A DNA stretch of 63,384 nt, the filler included, from Asterionella formosa (lineage: Eukaryota), in the NCBI GenBank assembly GCA_002256025.1. It is 15 parts of 15 records of this genome, joined end to end, with 100 filler letters (N's around TTAATTAATTAA, not from the genome) between each part and the next. Parts side by side here need not be neighbours in the genome. Positions count along the whole stretch, not along the records: positions 33,893 to 38,025 come from NKIB01013689.1; positions 38,126 to 42,255 come from NKIB01013690.1; positions 42,356 to 46,485 come from NKIB01013691.1; positions 46,586 to 50,714 come from NKIB01013692.1; 11 more parts are not named here. One strand, 5' to 3'. The position numbers were made by a program, and so were the translations under genes. The notes beneath the pieces are model-generated. The model searched no databases, was not told the origin of the DNA, and saw only the letters and a program-made list of their open reading frames with translations. Shown here piece by piece: positions 36,916 through 48,160 of this stretch. Position 1 is the stretch's first letter; the number at the start of each line of letters is the position of its first letter.

Positions 36916-37829
36916 TTGAGCGTTATACATATCTCTTTTATACGTGAAAAGTACGTGTTTGATTAGTCTGACTGAATATTATTTTTTCAACCCTACCTCG
37001 AGCTAGGGGTTCAAATGCAGCAACCTTAAGTCTTGTATATTTTATCTAATCATAGTACATACTGGTAGGGTATTAAATGTTCCTTCAAAAAAATTACTAG
37101 ACATACAGAGATGAATGTTATACACACTTTTTGAAGAAGAGGAAATGTTGAGATATTGTTAAAAAACTTATACCGGTAATGCATTCTATTCCACATAACA
37201 AAGTGATGAGGAAATGGTGATCGAGAGCCTTCTACCGGTATCAAACCAACCGGTGGGAAGAGGTTAGTCATATGATTGTTTTGCTTCTCAACTGTGGCTA
37301 CAAAGGGGCTTATGATTGGTGGTACCGTGTGAGACCGGAAGCCAACTATAAAATTGAATCGCTGTTCGTGTGCGCTGCTGCCTGCCACTCAAAGTTTCTA
37401 TACTTCCTCAGGACAAACGATAAAAATCAACCTAATAACGAGGTATGAAACAGCACTAAATATCTTTGTGCACAATGCATGCTGCAGAGGGTTTGTATTG
37501 TCTTTGCCCAATAATTTGGATTTCGAAATTAATAACATCTTTCCCTGTCATATATGCAGATGTGAGGGTTAACAACGCTACCTGTCACCCATCAATCAAA
37601 AGTGAGAGCTTAGGTAAGTTACTATACTCTCATTTCATGCTTGCTCGTTATGTCGATTGGAACATGAAGCTATATAGATTGTTTATGTCATCAGTTCGTG
37701 GCACACGTGTGGCTGGAGATGCTTTAATCGTTGCAACACTTTTGCTAACATTGATATTATTTCCTCAAAATCATACAGGAACCTTGGAGAATGTGGCTCG
37801 CTACCATTCTTAATGGAAGCAACAATCAA

Positions 37830-38025
37830 CCATCGTCTGCAAAAAAACTATCATTTTTCCATGATGCATCATAGGATTATGATCATCTGATCATAATTTT
37901 TCGTTATATCATCTAATAATTTTGATAAATGCCTTTGTAATTTAAATAGTAACCCTTTTGACTACATATATTTAATTATTATATGTATTGTTTCTATTTG
38001 ATTCCTGTATTCGAATTTCTTGGTA
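37830..38025 (+). repeat. ~200-bp dispersed repeat, probably a transposon end; inverted copy at 40534-40735
   Basis: cgtctgcaaa...atgatgcatcatagg...tttgataaatgcc...acccttttgacta...aatttcttggta matches the reverse complement of 40534-40735. Confidence 0.85.
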
Positions 38026-38125
38026 NNNNNNNNNNNNNNNNNNNNNNNNNNNNNNNNNNNNNNNNNNNNTTAATTAATTAANNNNNNNNNNNNNNNNNNN
38101 NNNNNNNNNNNNNNNNNNNNNNNNN

Positions 38126-38425
38126 GCAAACATTCGCTGTGGTTATGGCACTTACCAAGATGTGCTGGGCGGCATCTACAAGGGACAGTACAGTGGGGAT
38201 GTACGCAATGGTCCTGGCTATTACTACTGGCCTGATGGTGAAATTGATGCCAATATGTGCAGTAATGATGCTCGATGTGGAAATAGCGTTGGCTGGAGCC
38301 AAGACAGAAAGCAAGCTTGGCTTATGATTGACGGAGAATTTCAAGAATATGTCACTGTTGATGAAGGAAAAAGGATCACTGAGGATTTAGGTTTAGAGGT
38401 ACCAAAGAAACTACCCAAACCCTGA
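38126..38425 (+). CDS. MORN-repeat protein, 3' end (5' part beyond the contig edge)
   Basis: Open from the first base: RCGYGTYQDVLGGIYKGQYSGDVRNGPGYYYWPDG...GWSQDRKQAWLMIDG...LGLEVPKKLPKP*. Confidence 0.8.
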   Translation, partial: ANIRCGYGTYQDVLGGIYKGQYSGDVRNGPGYYYWPDGEIDANMCSNDARCGNSVGWSQDRKQAWLMIDGEFQEYVTVDEGKRITEDLGLEVPKKLPKP

Positions 38426-38719
38426 TAGGCCGAAAATGATATATATTGCGGCAATTGTTGGCTGTTGGATGAAGTGAGTGCTTTCAACCCATTTTTGTCA
38501 TTTTCCAATAGCTGCATTCAACTACAGACAACTCTTAGATATGTTTCTGTAAAATTGGAGTACTCATGTCATGGTGTTAACTCACTTTGAGGTCAACATC
38601 ATTGTGGAAATGTGGAGCAAAAATCCCAGCCAGTTAGCAGCAGAGTAATTGTTGCTTGAATCAGGCTCATCATGGCAACAATCCTTTGTTTATATTTGTA
38701 TCTTCATCATGTATACATT

Positions 38720-38918
38720 TGCTCTGCATTATTTGCTTCAATATCAGCCACCTGAGCATTTATTATTAGGCATGCTGGCATGCTATCAGCAAGTGTTTCC
38801 TACTTCCATTAAGAAAATCTTGTGTACTATCGACAGTAAGGGTCATACACCAATCCATATTGCCCTGCAGAATCATGCTCCAACTGAGTCAATTGAAGCA
38901 TTGCTTCGCAATGAATAG
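38720..38918 (+). pseudogene. Ankyrin-like fragment
   Basis: ALHYLLQYQPP...DSKGHTPIHIALQNHAPTESIEALL then a stop; no intact context. Confidence 0.4.
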
Positions 38919-39899
38919 AGGTAAAGATGTCCTGCTTTGTATGGGGGAAAAGATTACCAAACCTATAGGTCTTGTAGAATAATCGCAACATGGCTGCATA
39001 TCTAGCCAATGAAAGGGAGGAGTCATCCATGCACCTGTATATGAAGCCAAATATGGAAATGAGCAATGCATCACATATGCCCTGTTATTTTAATTCCTGT
39101 GAATTCATCTCTTGGTCTATTCTGTTATTTTCGCCACAATTTTTTTCATTGTTTCACTGGACAGCATTCTAATTGATTGGCTTCGAACAATCAATGATCA
39201 AAGTCCACCCCATTGCAGAATGGTGAGTCTCAAAGATAAGCATCAGCCAGTCGATTAAAATGGGACTGTCTTTTGTGCACTGTTGTTGTGTTTGTACATT
39301 GACTTGGCAACTGTCAGCCCAGAGCAGCCATGGTATGCCACCAGATATTGTCTATACGAATTTTCGAATGCGTTCAGCTATGATAACTCTTTTGCTCCTA
39401 GACACTATCTCACCACCCTTGTCATAGATTTTTCTTTATCCTCTGGCCGCACAGGCCCAGGTTACTCAATGCCTTCATCTGCAAGTTCAGCCAAGCACGT
39501 CGGTGTCAAGAAAACGTCAACCCCGATTTTTCTCACATGCTCCGTCCATCATACTTTCTTCATTGATGAAGTCGAGGTAGCTATATTGACTTGTTCAGGT
39601 GGCACAGGCTTGTGTATAGATTGATGATGCCGAAAGCATTGCTTCCTTTTTCCGGTATTTAACATCCAAGAGGGTCTAGGATCATTGGGGAGAAATATTA
39701 GGCTCCTCCTCTGTGTTTGTCCCCGCCCATTTGGCATTCTACCATTGCTTCCTCTCAATCAATACAAGTAAAATGAAAACAGTAATTAGATGAAATGTGA
39801 CTTCCGGTTTCTAATATTTTACATTGCACTACTGATGCTTGAAACTTTAAATGTGCATTCAACTTGTGCTTCTTGCATTTTTGCAGTATAGACTGGCTG

Positions 39900-40010
39900 G
39901 TGGGCAATAGGCCAAAGTGTCTGGTTTTTCATGAACATCTACAAAGTAGTGCCTTTGTCGAGTCTTTTGTCTAAACCCAACTGCTGCCAACCATTGAACC
40001 ATTCCAGATA
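39900..40010 (-). mobile_element. Short fragment of a Tc1/IS630-like transposase
   Basis: WLAAVGFRQKTRQRHYFVDVHEKPDTLAY resembles the W...GF...K.Y.VDGHE.P block containing the first catalytic Asp; probably the same family as 47345-48160. Confidence 0.55.
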
Positions 40011-40859
40011 CATCAAAGAATACACTCCTGTCGTCAAAGGCTAGGAACTAGTAAGACGACAAAGTAAATCTGATGAGACATGAAAACTATGTTACCAGAA
40101 TCACTCTGTTACTAGCTATACATAGACAGTCCTATGCTTCTATGTGCATATCGCCTGCTATGCTGCGTTTCAATTCTAGATGTATTATGTTCTTGTTAGA
40201 GAGACAATGTTACTACAGAGAAGTAGATTGTGCTGTTCTATAATGGATGTTCTTTAGCTATGATTGAAGTTGTAACACTGATTGATGCTCTGGTGAGAGA
40301 CTGGCCGGAAATATTCGTCTTGTGTGATGAGCCGTTTCGTTTTCATTGGATTTCTTTTCAAGTAGATGACAACTAATCGAAGACATATGATGCCATGAAC
40401 GACAAATGAATATTTTGTCACAAACACTCGTTCCTCTTGAGATGGCTATTTTGTCATTGTTGCAAGAATCAGAGGGAGGATTGGAGAGTAGTATGATGAA
40501 CCAAACCACATTACTTTATCTGGTACATAATCCTACCAAGAAATTTAAATAAGGGAACCAAATAGAAACAATACATATGATAATTAAATATACATAGTCA
40601 AAAGGGTTACCATTTATATTACGAGGGCATTTATCAAAATAATTAGATGATATGACGAAAAATTATGATCAGATAATGATAAGAATCCTATGATGCATCA
40701 TAGGAATTTGATGATTTTTGTTTGCAGACGGTGGCTGGCGTTATTTTACAAGACTGGGATACTTCATTGAATCTGAAGCAGGTGAGTAAATTCAATTCAA
40801 CCAATAAATTACTTCTCTTTATGCATCAATGCTCTCTTTTTGATTTATGCAAGCAATGA

Positions 40860-41060
40860 TGTTCCACCTGCAGCCAACACATCATCAAAAGGCCAACAAG
40901 CTGACTTCATTTTTGGGACCTCCTTTCTCCGCTCTCATGTTCCGAAAGAGGGGATACTGACCTCCTTTCTCCGCTCTTATGTTCCGAAAGAGGGGATACT
41001 TAGTTTCCAACAGAGCCCATTCAGTGATCATCTTGCTATTTATGCTGACCTAGTAGATGA
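40860..41060 (+). mobile_element. LINE APE-endonuclease C-terminal fragment with an internal 42-bp tandem duplication
   Basis: ADFIFGT...GILSFQQSPFSDHLAIYADL; TSFLRS.VPKEGIL repeated twice. Confidence 0.6.
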
Positions 41061-41144
41061 AGCCAATCTCTTTCAGGACTCCTCCACGGGTCCCAGCAAT
41101 GCCCCCTCGGGTATAATCTATATACAGATATGGTAAGGACCTAA

Positions 41145-42255
41145 GGGTTGTTCTTATCATTTTTTTTCGTGTATCACGGAATTTGAATTTTTTTGAAAAT
41201 GTATCAGCAACGGTAACTCGATTTGAACTGAATTTCATTCATTCCAAAAGTGTCACTGTATCACTGATTTGTGATCACATTGTATCATGGAGTAACATAA
41301 ATCTTCAACGGCAACTGGCTGGCGAAGATCATGTGTATATCCCTCCGGAATATAATGATGGTCTTGATATCAAGCAACAACAAAATATAATTACCGGGAA
41401 ACTAAATATAATTTTAAAAACACACATTTGCATGAATCATGTCGTCGCCATTTGATTTACTTGATGATAATGACGATGACAGTAGTGATCTTGATTTCTT
41501 CTTCCTCTGTCATTTAGCTAAGGAAGCAGAGGAAAAAGAACACTCATCCAAACGACAAAGGCGACGCTGTAAACGGCAGCTTCAGTCATCTGAACGACGA
41601 CGACAACGAAGGCACAAGTGGCACCACGAAAGAATCTCCTGGCAATCACATGTCGAGAAACTCAATCACGAGATTGCTTTCGAGAAGACATACAGAATGT
41701 CGCACAGATCATTCAAAAAACTCACCTCCATGCTGGAAATTCAGATTGCAGGGAATTATTCCAAATGTGGCACTTCTGAGCCCATAATTCCCGAAATTGT
41801 GGTAGCCATTGGTTTGCAATGGCTGGCTGGTGGCAGTTACATCGACATTCGTCATGCCTACGGTTGTAGCATTGCTTCACTTTATCGATGTCGTGATTTG
41901 TTCATTGATGCTGTACTAAACTGTGGAGAACTCGAAATTGTTTTTCCAAAAGAAAAAGAAGAATTTATCAAATTGGCTTCCAGCTTTGAATGCAAAAGCT
42001 CAGAGGGCATGATGAGAGGATGTGTTGGTGCTATTGACGGCTTCCTAGCCACCATCAACCGCCCGACTATAGTTGAAAGTGGCAACAACCCTGGTTCATT
42101 TTTTTCCGGTCACTACATGACTTATGGAATCAATGTCCAGGCTGTTTGTGATGCTGACTCAAGATTTATTTATTTTGGTGTAATTGCACCGGGAAAATGC
42201 AGTGACCAAGTAGCTTTTGAACGAACTTCCATTTTCGATCGAGTTGCAGCATTCA
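41145..42255 (+). mobile_element. PIF/Harbinger DNA transposon, left part; transposase ORF 41439->42255
   Basis: FEKTYRMS..SF..L; AIGL.WLAGGSY.DI; GCVGAIDG; FFSGHY...GINVQAVCD; APG..SD; candidate left end TAA|GGGTTGTTCTT at 41142-41155. Confidence 0.93.
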
Positions 42256-42989
42256 NNNNNNNNNNNNNNNNNNNNNNNNNNNNNNNNNNNNNNNNNNNNT
42301 TAATTAATTAANNNNNNNNNNNNNNNNNNNNNNNNNNNNNNNNNNNNNNNNNNNNATCATGCTCAACGATGCACAACGAGGACCAACAGTTTTTTATTTC
42401 TATTCTGGCAGGCTATTGTAAACTGTACAATCAACAATGACTAAACAATGTGCCCACAACAGCAATTACTACTAGGTGTGCTGAATTCAACTGTGTGAAT
42501 CTTCCTCCTGCATGTGTTATTCTTTGCCAGTTCAGATCAAAGAAATCTGTTGGAGCGGAAAAAATAGTAAGTGAATCGGAATTGGCGATTCTTTCGTTCA
42601 TTATATGGTGAAAGCAGAATAATATTGCGGCGGAGCAGCATAATTTTGCTTTTATACTGTCACGATAGCTAGTTGGACAACAGATATTGTCACAAACACA
42701 CATAATTTCGATATATACCCTCACAGGGTAAGTGCCCTCCCAATGGTATTTTGATGACTCACTGCTGTGTTAATTGCTTCCCTAAGGACTGCTGACATGT
42801 TCGATGAATATTTAATGGCAAACTCATCTGATGAGAGTCAGCTAGTAGATATGCAATATATGACATAATATTCTGAGAGACCAAATCTGCTCCCGCTCGG
42901 GTTTTGTGTAGCTGTGACGCAGAGAATAAGAGGAGGAGGCCTCTGTTATGCTTAGTTTTTGGAGTCTGATGCCTCCAAGGAACAAAGGT

Positions 42990-43085
42990 CTAAACACTAC
43001 CAATTGACAAAGACCGCAATAATGCAGCTATGGAAGATGGCGTCAAAGGTGTGGGAAGAACGGAACACAGCTCCTCACCACACAC
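42990..43085 (+). mobile_element. Possible LINE ORF2 C-terminal remnant
   Basis: AIMQLWKMASKVWEERNTAPH resembles the LW......W..RN...H motif at the end of L1-type ORF2. Confidence 0.4.
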
Positions 43086-45090
43086 AAAACGCTCATATAG
43101 TTAAATCAGAACAGGGGAATGGCTTAGTGGTTCGCACACATGTTGCAGTGGCAGGTTCGATTACTGCATTCTCCACCTGTCTTTTTCATGTAGTCCCTAA
43201 GGTTCCAGGGTGTATTGCTGAGGAAAAGAAAAGTCCCATTGTACCATAATGAGGAATAAAACCAGTACTAGCTAATTGTGTCCATTTATGCATTTATTTG
43301 GGCACAAGTGCGATTATTGGATAGCTTTGATGTACTACAAGATTTGATTGATAATTTTTAATTTTTTATTTCAATCAGAACAGGAATCAAGTATCAGAAG
43401 ATAATAAAAAGAAAAAACACCAATGTATTCGAGATCATCATTTGCTCCAGTACCCACTGCAGGATATGCTGAAAGAAAAAGCAGGAACAAAGTGGCGGTT
43501 TCTGGAGAAGGGAAAGTTTCTCTTTGCCGAATCAGCCCTAATTGCAATAAGTGGACAACAGTCCATTCAAAAATTCTACAGCACCACCATTCGCCAACCA
43601 AGGGAAAACACAACGAGAAACACGGTATGGCCACAACATTCTCACAGCATACAAACAAAGATCTCTACTTTCTTCACTGATTCAACGACGAGGTGAAGAA
43701 TTGAAAATGGCATCACAGCATCTTTAAGCACACACAGAAATCTACGACTCTCATTCAAGAGAGGAGTGTTACTTTCCACCCTTTCCCTGCAGACAAGCAC
43801 CCAGAGTCACCAAGTATATTGGGTTGATACTGAGGGAGTTTTGTTTCTTAAAAGTTCGAGCTAGTTTGCCAGGAAGTACTATACAGCCTCCTCCGCCAAA
43901 TAGAGAGTACCTGCAGTCTTAAAGCGCATAAGAAATTCAGTTAACATATGCAATAGACGTAAGTAGAAGAATTTAACACCAAAACAGCGACAATACATCG
44001 CCAATGGCTCGTTTTGCAACCACAAAAGGGAGGCTGAAAAGACCATTGACATGCATGACCAGCTTTTCATAAATCCAGGTGTTGGTCCTTAGAACGAAAA
44101 TACTTTTTGTGCGGAGACGCATGCTTGTTAGTTTATTTAGCTCAATCTCTTTGGTAGTAATTGCCAATATTACAGACACATGTACAGGTCAGTAAGCTGG
44201 TCAACGAAAATCAATATTCCTAATCGATGCACATGTATCGCTAGTTAGTGTTAGCTATACTTGCCTAAATATTCTAATCTAACCGAAGCACTTATTGTCT
44301 CCATCGTCCAACGTAGATAATTCATATTTCTTCTACAGAGGGCTGCTTTTAAGGACATGGATCGAGCAGGCCAATTAAAAGAATTGTTGCAACTATACAT
44401 GAGCAGAGGGAGCATCTTTTAACATTTTTAATGCTAAACAAACTGTTTATACAATATTAAGTTGATCACGTAATGAAATGTATAATGAAATAAAAGTGGC
44501 GCTGTAAATGCAAATGTAACGATGTTTTCAATTGAAGGCCCTTCTTACAAAATCGTTTTTGTTGCAATAGATTACCATGAGTTCATAACCTGTTATGAAT
44601 GAGGGTGACGAAGAGAAGAACAAGATGAGCAAAGGAATTGGACAGTTAACAAATGTAATAAGCTCAATAGGCAAAGAGTGAATAGCCAAAATGACAGGCA
44701 GACAAGCATATCTGAAGTGTTAAGGGGTACTATCATAGCCTATCCACAGCTAGAGAAGGGTAGTTCAAATTTACTAAAGACAAGACCTTAGTCTGACAAA
44801 AGCACTTTTGGAACAAAGAGTGAGAATGGCACAAAAGGAGAAAAGTGCTTTGCAGACTGAATAATACTTTTGCATATTAGTGTTAGAATTTTAAGAAAAA
44901 AGGGAAAGTATGCTTTAGACCTAATTTCCAAAGTAGAATTGAATGTTTGGAAATACTGCTTCATTGTTCCCACCAGCAAATGCATGCTCTGTTAATTCTA
45001 TTGTCACATGTTGTCTCAGAATTTCTTCAATATCTACTTTCAAAGAAGAATCATCACATCTGATATAATGATGAAAGATCCATGTTAACC

Positions 45091-46140
45091 TCAACCAATT
45101 AACAATGTTTCACCTAGCATGCAAATGGTTTTATTCCGCAACTTTTCGAGGCTGCAGCTGGAATCAGTAACGTTTTGCGAAAAGAATTTTTCAAAAATGA
45201 AGTGGTCAAGAACAAAACCACCATCCAAAGGTGATAGAAGTGCTGCATTATAAAGTGAACTTAAACTCTTGTTATCCTGTTTGTTGGTGCCCACTTGCGT
45301 AAAAACCTCCAATGCATTCACAGAAAAATCCTCCGAACATGGGTGCTGTTTATTAAAAATAATGCTATTTACGAAGCCAAGGAATTCTGGAACACATTCA
45401 GTTCTTGCGATTATATCGAATTCCATCAAATTATTAATTGCACTTTCTACTGCCTTGCTATTCTGATTCATGAACTCAAGAGGATCGGTCGAGCCAAAAT
45501 CCAAATCAATGTCTGAAAATCGGGTCACGTATAGGGCTCCAGTTTCTTGACAATGTCTCCGCCATTCATCCAGAGTGAAATCATCAGGGTTCCGATGAGC
45601 CTCAGTACTGTAAAAATGATAAAAGTTCGACAAAACTCGTGCACTGGGATATCGAAGCACTGTGGACGTTAACGCATGTCGCCTCATTCGTTCGTGACCT
45701 TCTTGGAAAGCTTTCCTCGCAGTTATCCATTGATATCGCGGAGAGATAGGTACTTCTGAGTCAGGGTGAGCAGAAACAATTGTTGGAATCGTATTGTTCC
45801 CGTTCATTTCCCTCCAACTCATGCCAGCGGGCGTCAGCGTAGAGTTTAAAACGGCATGCCCAAATATTATATTGAAATCAAGAAGGGTGTAACCCACATC
45901 AGAGTCAACCATTGTAAGGAACGCTGTATTTTTATTCAAAAGATCAATTCCTTTGGAAAAAGATGTTCCTCCTGTTTTTTCCAGATGAAAATTGAGAAGA
46001 GAAAAATCAATCTCGGGGTAAATGGAACGGCTGAACTTTATGTCGTCTACTTGGCGAGGTAATTTGATCATGAGATTTCGAAATAAAGATAAAACGACAA
46101 TTAGAAGAAAGGCAATGTATAACGCGTTGATCTTAGCCAT
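45091..46140 (-). CDS. Type II membrane (Golgi-type) sulfotransferase-family protein, ~349 aa
   Basis: Start MAKINALYIAFLLIVVLSLF gives an N-terminal anchor; 5'-PSB-like FHLEKTGGTSF; 3'-PB-like TVLRYPSARVLSNFYHF; intact ORF (the track extends it to an upstream ATG at 46263). Confidence 0.85.
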   Translation of the reverse strand: MAKINALYIAFLLIVVLSLFRNLMIKLPRQVDDIKFSRSIYPEIDFSLLNFHLEKTGGTSFSKGIDLLNKNTAFLTMVDSDVGYTLLDFNIIFGHAVLNSTLTPAGMSWREMNGNNTIPTIVSAHPDSEVPISPRYQWITARKAFQEGHERMRRHALTSTVLRYPSARVLSNFYHFYSTEAHRNPDDFTLDEWRRHCQETGALYVTRFSDIDLDFGSTDPLEFMNQNSKAVESAINNLMEFDIIARTECVPEFLGFVNSIIFNKQHPCSEDFSVNALEVFTQVGTNKQDNKSLSSLYNAALLSPLDGGFVLDHFIFEKFFSQNVTDSSCSLEKLRNKTICMLGETLLIG

Positions 46141-47344
46141 CCTACCACAGAAAACTGGTGCCTGGTAGTCAAACAACTGGTATAGGAAATGATGTTGTAT
46201 GATGTTCACTTCTGACAAAACTGAGCATCGTCGAATTTCTTTTGGCACAAGCGCAAATATCATGTATCGGTTTCTTTCGAGGCTGATTTCAGTCTAATAG
46301 ACTGGATTCAGTCTGGGTTTTCAATCCCTTGTCTCTTGCTCAATTATATGGATACTCCATTCTAAAAAATTTAATCTTTATCTAAAGAACTGTAGGTTTC
46401 TGGAGATATGCATCATGGCAATAAGCTTATAGGTTTAAAATTTCAGATATGTAAGAAGTCTGCCTGCCAAAATAATTTAAAAATANNNNNNNNNNNNNNN
46501 NNNNNNNNNNNNNNNNNNNNNNNNNNNNNTTAATTAATTAANNNNNNNNNNNNNNNNNNNNNNNNNNNNNNNNNNNNNNNNNNNNCTTTGATATCTTGAT
46601 TAGGCGTTCGTCGCCAATAGGGACATTGAACAGTCGTAGTTCGCCGCCGTCCGAAACGATGAGATCTAGATCATCGCGCCAAATGATTTCGTTGTTGTCT
46701 CGTCGTTGCCCTAGTTTCAAGAAAGGGACCAGCTTCCAGCGTTTGAACCTTCTTGGATTCATCTTACTATTCTTTATTATTGTCGTTGCAGAAACGTGGG
46801 CGCGTCGATGAACTGACAATAGGGATGACAGATGGATAATTCTGTTTTATGGGAATGGAACAAGGGATGGAAATGATAAAGGTACCGCAGGGTCATACTA
46901 TATACAGTATATACAATAATTGAATAATTTAATATAGATTTATACTATACATGAATCATGTTACGGCATTCCGGGTCAAGCCATTCTTGCTGTCAATCAT
47001 GATCCCAGTGGTCGTGTGTGCGCATTTGCAGTCATGATTCATGATGAATCGGCTTGAGCTCTTTATGGGGGTTGCAACGTGAAGATCAATATAGTAGAAT
47101 ACGTTGGCCTTAGTGTAGATTTTCTTTTGAATTTAATAATCAAGAGTAAAAAATTGTGACACATACAAAAATTTATGCAAATTCTTTGATCTATATATAT
47201 GTAGCTCTCTGCTCATTTCCCATCAAAAGGTATGTAACATCGATCTGTTGTTGTCTTTCATGTTTGTTGATTTTGCTGTTTGCTTCTTGTTTGTTTCGTT
47301 GCTCTGTTGTTTGCTATGTTAGATCGTTGACATAGGTTGCCTCG

Positions 47345-48160
47345 CAGAAAGTTATGTCGAAATCGAGAGCACAGCGGTGTGTTTTGAATTGTTTGACAAG
47401 CTTCTCAACGTTGATGGGGTCCGCTTCATGTGTTGTGTTGTGTCAACTTCGGCGTCCATCCTGTCATGTTGTTGTTCATCCAGAACTTGCCAAATCTTGA
47501 AGTATGCACATATACATTGTCTTGCTCGCCTTGAAAAATGTCTTATCCTTTTTGTTGTTAACACTTTGTCTGTTGACATGCTCTCTTGCACCACAGACCT
47601 GAAGTTCTCTTTGCCCTTTTTCCTCTTCAGAGAAACCCGACCGTAAAAATTCTTGGCGCAACCCCAAGAATAATCGATTCCCTCTCCTGCAAGTTCACAG
47701 TGACATTTCGGCGTTCGGTCAACAAGTACTCCCATTACTTGCTTCCTACCCTTTGCTAATATTCCTCTTTGCATTAGTTTTTTAAGGAGCTCATCCTTTG
47801 TGTATTGTCTTGTGATTGTTTGCCCTTCCAGTACCAAGTCATGGCGCTTTTCATCTTGTTCAGCTTAAGTCATCCAGAATGGTCCGGTGTCATCTATTTT
47901 CTGGAAAGTGAGGTCCCAGGTAACCATGTGTTTGCTTTATTATTATTGTATTTCTCAACCATAGGACTTAGTCATTCATTCCACATTTAAGCCATCTTCT
48001 TTCTGATGGTCGTGCCAACAGGAGTGATCAAATAGAAACAAGAAATCGAATTGAGGGTAGAGTACTTTGAGAACATCAATGCAATCTTTGAGCTGCAATA
48101 CCATGTGCTGATAGAACCAGTAGCCTTCTGAGTTTGCCCCATATTCGAATTCTCCAAAAA
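47345..48160 (-). mobile_element. Tc1/IS630-like DDE transposase, internally deleted and frameshifted
   Basis: YGANSEGYW...HMVLQLKDCIDVLKVLYPQFDFLFLFDHSC; TPKCHCELAGEGIDYSWGCAK; FSRRARQCICAY; KQFKTHRCALDFD. Upstream ORF 48389-48913 may belong to the same element. Confidence 0.75.
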
